The notes under the pieces are model-generated. The model was not told where the DNA came from, did no database searches, and was given only the letters and a program-made list of their open reading frames with translations. A stretch of DNA of 64,000 bases from Bacteroidota bacterium (GTDB taxonomy: Bacteria > Bacteroidota > Bacteroidia > Sphingobacteriales > Sphingobacteriaceae), in NCBI GenBank assembly GCA_013288235.1, contig JABDCF010000003.1, forward strand, positions 13,133 to 77,132, given 5' to 3'. Both the position numbers and the translations under genes were made by a program. Shown in pieces: positions 56,601 to 64,000 of this stretch (position 1 is its first letter; every line of letters starts with the position of its first letter).

Positions 56601-58937
56601 TTACTTCTTCTTCACAAATCTTTTGCCGGGCTTTTTCGGCTCTTTCTCGGCAGCTGCGGCTAATTCTTTACATTCTTCAAATGTTAAATCCTTTGGTTCT
56701 TTTCCTTTGGGTATCTTAACATTTAGTTTACCAAATTCTATATATGGGCCAAAACGGCCGTTTAATACCTTAACCGTCGGGTCTTCATCAAATGCTTTGA
56801 TCAATTTTTCAGCATCTTTCTTGCGCTTTTCAATGATCAGCTCAATAGCCTGCTCTTCGGTTACATCCAGCGGGTCAATACCTTTTGGCAGCGAATAAAA
56901 CGCGCTATTATGCCTTATATAAGGGCCAAATTTGCCAATGGCGACAGTCATGTCCTTATCTTCAAAAAAGCCTATTTTTTTAGGGAGTTTAAACAGTTCA
57001 AGGCTTTCTTCAAGGGTTATCGTTTCGATGCTTTGGCCGTTACGCAAACTCGCATATAACGGTTTTTCTTCCGTTTCATCATTGGCGCTTTCACCAACCT
57101 GCACAAAGGGGCCATAACGGCCTATACGCACAGACATCTTTTTGCCGCTCACGGGATGAAAACCTAATTCGCGCTCGCCAGTCGCTTTATCGGCCGACTT
57201 GATGGTATTTTCAACCCCGATATGAAAAGGGGTATAAAAACCACGGATCATATCTGTCCACTCGGTCAATCCTTGTGCTATTTCGTCAAATTGCTTTTCA
57301 ACGCTGGCAGTGAAGTTAAAGTCGACAATTTCCTTAAAATATTGCACCAGGAAATCATTCACCACCGAACCGATATCAGTAGGGAACAGCTTGCCTTTTT
57401 CGGCGCCGGTATTTTCTGTTTTTTCGTCTTTGGTTATATTGCCTGCCTTAAGTGTTAAAACGCGGAAAGCCCTTTGTTTGCCTTCACGTTCCTCCTTAAC
57501 AACATACCCACGGTTTTGTATGGTAGATATGGTAGGGGCGTAGGTGGATGGACGGCCAATACCGAGCTCCTCCAGTTTTTTTACCAAGGCGGCTTCAGTA
57601 TATCTCGCCGGCGGACGCGAAAAGCGCTCCGTGGCCGACATTTCCTGCAATTCCAGTCGCTGGCCTTTGGTTAACGGTGGCAGCATGGCATTTTCGCCGT
57701 CCTGCAGGTTATCTTCTTCGTCATCGCTCGATTCAAGATAAACTTTCAGGAAACCGTCAAATTTCATTACCTCGCCATTGGCAACTAAATCTTCTTTACG
57801 TGTTGATATACTGATCTTTGCGGTAGTCTTCTCAAATAATGCTTCGCTCATTTGTGAAGCAATAGCGCGTTTCCATATCAGCTCATATAAACGCATCTCG
57901 CTGGAATCACCTTTGATAGTATGCTGGTTAAAATAAGTCGGCCTTATAGCTTCGTGGGCTTCCTGCGCGCTTGCATTTTTTGTTTTGTATTGCCGGTGCT
58001 GGTGATACTTGTTGCCGTATGCAGAATTAATTTCTTCGGCAGCAGCATTTAAAGCGGTGTCCGATAAATTAACTGAATCGGTACGCATATAAGTTATATG
58101 ACCGGACTCATAAAGTTTTTGTGCTACCTGCATGGTGCGTGAAACGGAATATCCCAGTTTCCTGCTCGCTTCCTGTTGCAGGGTTGAAGTAGTAAAAGGC
58201 GCTGCCGGTGAACGTTTTGCAGGCTTTACCTCTAACGATCTCACATCAAAATCGGCGCCTATACAATCCCTCAAAAACTTTTCGGCATCTTCCTGTTTGC
58301 TAAATCTTTCGGGCAATTCAGCTTTAAATGCTTCTTTTCCTTTACCAAAAATGGCAACTATCTTAAAAGCGGCTTCCGACTTAAATTTATTGATCTCGCG
58401 CTCCCTGTCAACAATTAACCTAACAGCTACCGATTGTACGCGACCGGCTGAAAGCGATGGTTTTACTTTTTTCCATAACACGGGACTAAGCTCGAAACCA
58501 ACCAACCTATCCAAAACCCGGCGTGCCTGTTGGGCGTTAACCAGGTTATAGTCAATTTTGCGTGGTGTTTCAATTGCCTTTAATATAGCAGGTTTTGTTA
58601 TCTCGTGGAAAACGATGCGCTTTGTAGTTGCATCATTTAAGCCCAATGTTTCAAATAAGTGCCATGATATGGCTTCACCCTCGCGGTCCTCGTCCGATGC
58701 CAGCCAAACCATGTCTGCTTCTTTCGATAGTTTCTTTAATTCACTCACTACCTGCTTTTTATCCGCAGGTACTTCATATTTTTGTTTGAAATCGTGTTCA
58801 ATGTCAATAGCATCGTCAGACTTAACCAGGTCGCGGATATGGCCGTAACTCGACTTCACTGTAAAGTCTTTACCAAGGTATCCCTCAATGGTTTTGGCTT
58901 TCGCCGGAGATTCAACTATCAGTAGATTTTTAGCCAT
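56601..58937 (-). CDS. topA: DNA topoisomerase I
   Basis: IVESPAKAK, DEDREGE, SAGRVQS, ITYMRTDS, QEAHEAIRPT, GIGRPSTY. Confidence 0.98.
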   Translation of the reverse strand: MAKNLLIVESPAKAKTIEGYLGKDFTVKSSYGHIRDLVKSDDAIDIEHDFKQKYEVPADKKQVVSELKKLSKEADMVWLASDEDREGEAISWHLFETLGLNDATTKRIVFHEITKPAILKAIETPRKIDYNLVNAQQARRVLDRLVGFELSPVLWKKVKPSLSAGRVQSVAVRLIVDREREINKFKSEAAFKIVAIFGKGKEAFKAELPERFSKQEDAEKFLRDCIGADFDVRSLEVKPAKRSPAAPFTTSTLQQEASRKLGYSVSRTMQVAQKLYESGHITYMRTDSVNLSDTALNAAAEEINSAYGNKYHQHRQYKTKNASAQEAHEAIRPTYFNQHTIKGDSSEMRLYELIWKRAIASQMSEALFEKTTAKISISTRKEDLVANGEVMKFDGFLKVYLESSDDEEDNLQDGENAMLPPLTKGQRLELQEMSATERFSRPPARYTEAALVKKLEELGIGRPSTYAPTISTIQNRGYVVKEEREGKQRAFRVLTLKAGNITKDEKTENTGAEKGKLFPTDIGSVVNDFLVQYFKEIVDFNFTASVEKQFDEIAQGLTEWTDMIRGFYTPFHIGVENTIKSADKATGERELGFHPVSGKKMSVRIGRYGPFVQVGESANDETEEKPLYASLRNGQSIETITLEESLELFKLPKKIGFFEDKDMTVAIGKFGPYIRHNSAFYSLPKGIDPLDVTEEQAIELIIEKRKKDAEKLIKAFDEDPTVKVLNGRFGPYIEFGKLNVKIPKGKEPKDLTFEECKELAAAAEKEPKKPGKRFVKKK

Positions 58938-59000
58938 TTAAGCAATTATTTTTTGCAAATAAAACACAAAGAAAGCGAAACGCCAATTTGTTTTTCGGTT

Positions 59001-59161
59001 TGTTGTAATGTTGGAAGGTTGGAATGTTGTAAAGTTGGCAGGTTAAAGTATTTTAAAGCCAAAGGCTTGGAGGCATAATAAGAACTAAAAAATGAGGACG
59101 TATGTTTCGGTTATTATTCAATAAAAAACATTTCAACTTTACAACATTCCAACCTTACAAC
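59001..59161. repeat. Family E inverted tandem 8-mer element
   Basis: GTTGTAAT GTTGGAAG GTTGGAAT GTTGTAAA GTTGG ...; 59127-59153 is identical to 20094-20120. Confidence 0.85.
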
Positions 59162-59168
59162 AAGAAAA

Positions 59169-60257
59169 TCACATCAAAAACCCGCCGCCCAGCAAATCAT
59201 TCCCTTCATAAAACACAGCAGACTGCCCGGGTGCAATGCCTGATACGCTATGATGAAAATCAACCTTCATATGCCCGTTCATTTGCTGAATGGTGCTTTG
59301 CGAGCCTGCATCCTTGTACCTTATCTTGGTAATGGCTTCAATAGGTTCATTTATGTTTTCGTATTTAACCAGGTTAAGGTTTTTAACCCAGGCTTGTTTG
59401 CGTTCAAGTTCTTCAATAGTACCTAAAACAACGGTATTGGTTTCGGGCTGGATACTGGTTACAAACATGGGGTGACCCAAAGCAATGCCAAGGCCTTTAC
59501 GCTGGCCGATGGTATAAAACGGATAACCCTGGTGTTTGCCTACTATGGTGCCGTCTGTTAAAACAAAATTGCCCCCGGCAATACGTGTTTCAAGGTCTTC
59601 CACTTTGTGCCTTAAAAAGGCCCTATAGTCGTTATCGGGCACAAAGCATATTTCATAACTTTCGCTTTTACCGGCAAGTTCAACCTGGCCCATATCCATC
59701 GCCATTTGCCTGATTTCGGGTTTTGAAAAACTGCCTAAAGGGAATTTTGTGCGTGCAAGGTTTTTTTGCGATACGCCCCATAGTACGTATGACTGGTCTT
59801 TATTTTCGTCCTTACCTTTTGAAATTACATACCTGCCGTTATCCTGCAAGCGGATATTGGCATAGTGGCCGGTTGCAATAAATTCACAATCCAGTTTATC
59901 GGCGCGTTTTAATAATGCTTCCCACTTAATATGGGTATTGCATAAAACGCATGGGTTAGGGGTGCGGCCTGCGAGGTATTCGTCAACAAAGTTATCGATC
60001 ACAAAGTCGCCGAACTCATTGCGGATATCCAGTATATAATGCGGGAAGCCATAGCCAACGGCCAAAGCACGCGCATCATTAATACTATCCAAACTACAGC
60101 AGCCGGTTTCTTTTGAACTTCCGCCAGATGAGGCATAGTCCCAGGTTTTCATGGTGAGGCCTATCACTTCATAGCCCTGCTCATGCAGCATTACTGCCGC
60201 TACCGAGCTGTCAACCCCGCCGCTCATTGCCACTAATATCCTGCCGTGCTTACTCAT
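59169..60257 (-). CDS. mnmA: tRNA-specific 2-thiouridylase
   Basis: AMSGGVDSS, TPNPC..CN, ATGHYA, KDQSY, TIGQRKG, PGQSAVFY. Confidence 0.97.
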   Translation of the reverse strand: MSKHGRILVAMSGGVDSSVAAVMLHEQGYEVIGLTMKTWDYASSGGSSKETGCCSLDSINDARALAVGYGFPHYILDIRNEFGDFVIDNFVDEYLAGRTPNPCVLCNTHIKWEALLKRADKLDCEFIATGHYANIRLQDNGRYVISKGKDENKDQSYVLWGVSQKNLARTKFPLGSFSKPEIRQMAMDMGQVELAGKSESYEICFVPDNDYRAFLRHKVEDLETRIAGGNFVLTDGTIVGKHQGYPFYTIGQRKGLGIALGHPMFVTSIQPETNTVVLGTIEELERKQAWVKNLNLVKYENINEPIEAITKIRYKDAGSQSTIQQMNGHMKVDFHHSVSGIAPGQSAVFYEGNDLLGGGFLM

Positions 60258-60665
60258 TTGACTGCAAAGATACCTTTTTGATCTTTATGTTGACACTTTG
60301 TTGGGTCAGGGTAGGGTAAAATGTAATTATGTAATTCAAAGTTATAACCCCTTTGAAGTTAATAACAATACATAGAACTGTTGTAGTGAGGCGATTTGCA
60401 GGCCATAGCTTCTTGGCCTCGTTTTGTTTATCGGAATTATAATCAGCTCATTACCTATATTTTACAAAGGCTGATGAAAGTACTATTATTTAATGAGTAC
60501 TGTCATTTTTACTAATTCTGCTGAGCTATGATTTACGGCACATCATTGAAAATGACCAGTAGATGTGTTTAGCCGGATTCTTTTTGTAAAGCTTTTTTAT
60601 TTAATTGCCCTGTTTTTTTTTCGGTATATTTAGTGGTTGCAAACGCACACCTAAAATATAATGCG

Positions 60666-63600
60666 ATGAGAAACGTAATGTTAAGCAACTCGCTCACTAC
60701 ACGCAACGACGGCAGCGGGCAAAAAACACATCAATCAACGAGCTGTTACCGCTTGCTTATTGCAATTCTGCTGTTATTTTGGCTGCCATGGGTGGCTCAG
60801 GCACAAGCGCCTGTAATTAGTTACAGCAGTCCGAAAACTTATGGCCTTGGCACACTGATAACGCCGCTGGCGCCTGTAAATAGCGCCGGGGCGGTGGGCG
60901 CTCCAGGCTATAGCAATACGACGGCTACTATAGCCTCGGGGCTCTATTTACCATGGGATGTAGCTACAGATGCCGCAGGCAACGTGTATATGGTCGATTG
61001 GGGGACATCGGTTTATAAGATTCCTGTTGGCGGGGGTGCCCGGATTACCTTAAGTTCAGCATTCAATACTGCATCGGGTGTCGCGGTAGATCGCGCAGGG
61101 AATGTGTATGTTTCTGATTGGGAGCAAGGCATAGTAAAGATGATCCCTGCCGGTGGCGGCGCTCCCGTGACAATTTGCTCCGGAATTTCGTCATTATATT
61201 TGGCGGTAGATGTTTCAGGGAATGTGTATATAGCTGATTACTATGGTGGCACAATAATAATGATACCCGCAGGTGGCGGCGCAAGGGTCACTTTAGCTTC
61301 CGGCTTTAACTTGCCATGCGGCATAGCTGTAGATGCAGCCGGCAATGTTTATGAGGCTGAATACGATAGTGGCGTAGTAAAAAAGATCCCCAAAGGCGGG
61401 GGGGCACTCGTTACTATAGGCACTGTTGACATTGGATATGGCGTAGCTGTAGATGCGGCGGGTAATGTATTCGCGGGCTGCGATTGCGGCGTAGTTACAG
61501 AGTTCCCGGTGGGCGGGGGCGCATCAATTTCAATAGGCTCCGGCTTTTCCAGGGCGGCAGGCGTGGCAGTGGATGGTGCGGGCAATGTTTATGTGGCAGC
61601 TGAATTCAACGGTTCGATAGATGAAATTAAACCTGTAGGGGGCTATTACATCGACCCATTTTTACCTGCCGGTTTAAGTTTTGATAATCAGACTGGTGTT
61701 ATCAGCGGTACACCAATAGTAGGGAGCCCAGCTACAAATTATACAGTTACAGCCTATAATGCCGCAGGCAGCGGCACGGCTACGGTAAACATAGAGACAG
61801 TTGGGAAGAATGCAAACCTGGCAAACCTTACACTTAGTCTGGGAACCTTAACGCCCGTCTTTGCAACCGCTACAAAAAGCTATACCGCATTGGTGGGCAA
61901 TGCCGCTACTTCCCTCACCATAACACCAACAGCCAGCGATCCGCTGGCAACAATATCCGTGAACGGGGTGGTGACAGTGTCTGGTGCTGCTTCAGCGGCC
62001 ATTCCTTTGGCCGTTGGTGTTAACACGATCACTACCATAGTAACCGCACAGGACGGCGTAACGACAAATACCTATACGTTGGTTGTAACACGTGCGCCAT
62101 CGTCAAATGCTGGGCTTGCGGGGCTTGCAGTAAGCGCCGGATTACTAAGCCCCTCTTTCGCAACCGGCACAAATAATTATATTGATCCGGTGGACATTGG
62201 TACAACAAGCCTTACCATAACGCCAACACTTGCAGACAATACTGCTACGGCAACCGTTAATGGTTCAGCTGTGGCATCGGGATCTGCCTCTGCCAGTATT
62301 CCTTTGGCCATTGGCCACAATACCATCGCTATCGTGGTAACAGCACAGGACGGGATAACAACAAATATCTATACACTGACCGTAAACAGGGTAGCCCCGA
62401 CAAAAAATGCAGGCCTGGTTTCTATCAGAACAAATCCCTCCGAGTCGGCGCTGGTTGGTGTAATCGGACCAGGTTATTTGAACTACACTGCAGTGGTGAC
62501 AAACACTACCACGTCTATTCAAGTGATCCCAACTGCGGCTGATCCAAATGCAACCATCACGGTGAATGGCTCGGCTGTGGTATCGGGTTATCCATCCGCA
62601 GGCATTCCTTTAACCATCGGTACAAATACCATCACTACGGTAATAACAGCAGCGGTTGGTACTTCCACCAGGACAATTTTGCTTATCATTACCAGGGAGG
62701 GGCCATCAAATAATGCCGAAATTGCATCCATCACCACCAACCCAAGGGAATCGGCGCTGGTTGAAGCCGCCGGTCCCGGGTATTTGAATTATACTGAAGC
62801 AGTAACTAATAGCACAACGAGCATACAGGTTATCGCTACTGCGAAACAGCAGAATGCGACAATTACCATAAACGGCATTACTGCTATCTCGGGTTCGCCC
62901 TCATCACCCATAACTTTAAGTGTTGGCGCCAACGTGATAACCACCATTGTGACAGCGCCCGATGGTGTAAGCACCAAAACCGTTATTATAACTGTGAACA
63001 GGGCCGGTCCGTCAAACAATGCGGAATTGGCATCTGTTTCAACTAACCCGCGTTCAACCCTTATCGGCACCACCGGGGAGGGTTATTTGAACTACGAAGA
63101 ATATTTTGCAAACAATGTTTCCAGCGTGGCGGTTATACCTACAGCAAAAGACCCAAATGCCACTATTACGGTGAACAGCAATCCGGTGGCCTCGGGAACA
63201 GCGTCACCGCCCATAGCGCTTAACGTTGGCGCCAATTTGGTGAGTATCGCGATAACCGCACAGGATGGCATAACTGCAAAAAGTATTATGATAACGGTTA
63301 ACAGAGCTGCTGCGCCTGTATTCAATGCTTTTTATCAGCCTGGTTTAAGCGTTGTAGAACCGCAAGCAAGCGTGTCTATTGAAAATGATGGCATTGCGGT
63401 TCACCCGGGTGTTTCACCAAATAGTGACGGCATTAATGATTTCCTCCAGATCGATGGCATAACTGCTTACCCTGAAAACAAACTAACAATTGTTAACCGC
63501 AACGGCGCATTGGTTTATGAGGCACAGGGCTATGACAATATTTCAAAGGTTTTTGACGGGCATGCAAGCAAAACAGGAATAATGCAGCTCCCGGGCACTT

Positions 63601-63674
63601 ATTTTTATGCACTTGATTATAGCGTAAACGGGGCAACTAAGCACAAAACGGGATATATTGTGCTGAAATACTAA
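60666..63674 (+). CDS. T9SS-secreted adhesin-like protein: NHL beta-propeller, Ig and cadherin-like beta-sandwich repeats, type-B CTD
   Basis: About six VAVDAAGNVY repeats, LPAGLSFD..TGVISGTP, five ATITVNG...VTAQDG repeats and VSPNSDGIND...PGTYFY...GYIVLKY. Confidence 0.88.
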   Translation: MRNVMLSNSLTTRNDGSGQKTHQSTSCYRLLIAILLLFWLPWVAQAQAPVISYSSPKTYGLGTLITPLAPVNSAGAVGAPGYSNTTATIASGLYLPWDVATDAAGNVYMVDWGTSVYKIPVGGGARITLSSAFNTASGVAVDRAGNVYVSDWEQGIVKMIPAGGGAPVTICSGISSLYLAVDVSGNVYIADYYGGTIIMIPAGGGARVTLASGFNLPCGIAVDAAGNVYEAEYDSGVVKKIPKGGGALVTIGTVDIGYGVAVDAAGNVFAGCDCGVVTEFPVGGGASISIGSGFSRAAGVAVDGAGNVYVAAEFNGSIDEIKPVGGYYIDPFLPAGLSFDNQTGVISGTPIVGSPATNYTVTAYNAAGSGTATVNIETVGKNANLANLTLSLGTLTPVFATATKSYTALVGNAATSLTITPTASDPLATISVNGVVTVSGAASAAIPLAVGVNTITTIVTAQDGVTTNTYTLVVTRAPSSNAGLAGLAVSAGLLSPSFATGTNNYIDPVDIGTTSLTITPTLADNTATATVNGSAVASGSASASIPLAIGHNTIAIVVTAQDGITTNIYTLTVNRVAPTKNAGLVSIRTNPSESALVGVIGPGYLNYTAVVTNTTTSIQVIPTAADPNATITVNGSAVVSGYPSAGIPLTIGTNTITTVITAAVGTSTRTILLIITREGPSNNAEIASITTNPRESALVEAAGPGYLNYTEAVTNSTTSIQVIATAKQQNATITINGITAISGSPSSPITLSVGANVITTIVTAPDGVSTKTVIITVNRAGPSNNAELASVSTNPRSTLIGTTGEGYLNYEEYFANNVSSVAVIPTAKDPNATITVNSNPVASGTASPPIALNVGANLVSIAITAQDGITAKSIMITVNRAAAPVFNAFYQPGLSVVEPQASVSIENDGIAVHPGVSPNSDGINDFLQIDGITAYPENKLTIVNRNGALVYEAQGYDNISKVFDGHASKTGIMQLPGTYFYALDYSVNGATKHKTGYIVLKY

Positions 63675-63688
63675 TTTAAAAACGTGCC

Positions 63689-63725
63689 AGGCTTACGGAG
63701 TTTTAGTACTTCATAAGCCTTTTTT
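63689..63725 (+). terminator. Intrinsic terminator
   Basis: AGGCTTA...TAAGCCT stem followed by a T-run. Confidence 0.7.
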
Positions 63726-63737
63726 AGTCAGATATTC

Positions 63738-64000
63738 CTAATCATTGTTCCGGTATTGATAAAATATCCCCTTATCAAAAGGTGTCCATAAACAGGCTTT
63801 TTGCCCGCAGGATTTTAATGCGTTGTTTGCCCAGGTATTACAGGTGTAGAATAAGTTATACTTGCCTTTAGCCTCATAAAAGGCATCGTTGACACCATAA
63901 TTGGCGTTTGTTTTAATATTGATAAACTGGCCGCTTGAATCTATTTTAAAACTCGATCTGACGAAAGCTACCAGCCTTGAGTACTGTTCCTGGCTGATAA
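63738..64000 (-). CDS. C-terminal part of TIGR02117/DUF2459 family protein (start outside window)
   Basis: Manual translation gives ...YGVNDAFYEAKGKYNLFYTCNTWANNALK...LWTPF...*; not present in the ORF track. Confidence 0.8.
   Translation of the reverse strand, partial: ISQEQYSRLVAFVRSSFKIDSSGQFINIKTNANYGVNDAFYEAKGKYNLFYTCNTWANNALKSCGQKACLWTPFDKGIFYQYRNND

Noticed and set aside
1-64000. rRNA, tRNA, prophage, integrase or transposase genes
   Set aside because: None was recognisable. Intergenic gaps are short and largely explained by promoters and repeats. A covariance-model scan would be needed to exclude small RNAs.

Overview
This 64 kb window looks like chromosome from a Bacteroidota genome, probably Sphingobacteriaceae/Mucilaginibacter-like. 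That call is inferred from TAnnTTTG -7 promoter elements, a T9SS type-B C-terminal domain protein and the gene content. Most of it is housekeeping: lysC, yggS, mutS2, scoAB, udk, proS, nudK, rsmD, nuoAB, ltaE, topA and mnmA. Accessory genes include a PIN-type TA pair, an orphan antitoxin followed by a decayed toxin stub, a TetR-controlled RND efflux operon, an alpha-2-macroglobulin and an NHL/cadherin-like adhesin. Four things stand out. (1) An AT-rich 1308-aa standalone sirtuin (DSR1-like anti-phage NADase candidate) has a ~110-aa coiled-coil hairpin inserted between its catalytic motifs, and it is flanked by matching 12-bp motifs and a perfect 15-bp inverted repeat. (2) Many gene junctions hold hairpin elements built from tandem 6-9-nt units in several recurring families, alongside REP-like palindromes, one of which appears inserted in frame inside a gene. 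(3) The divergent nuoA and flavoprotein genes have start codons that overlap in a single CATG. (4) The efflux operon leader carries paired TetR operators, a structured RNA candidate and a 16-codon uORF. No rRNA, tRNA, CRISPR array, integrase or transposase was seen. All family calls come from motif recognition, not from database searches.
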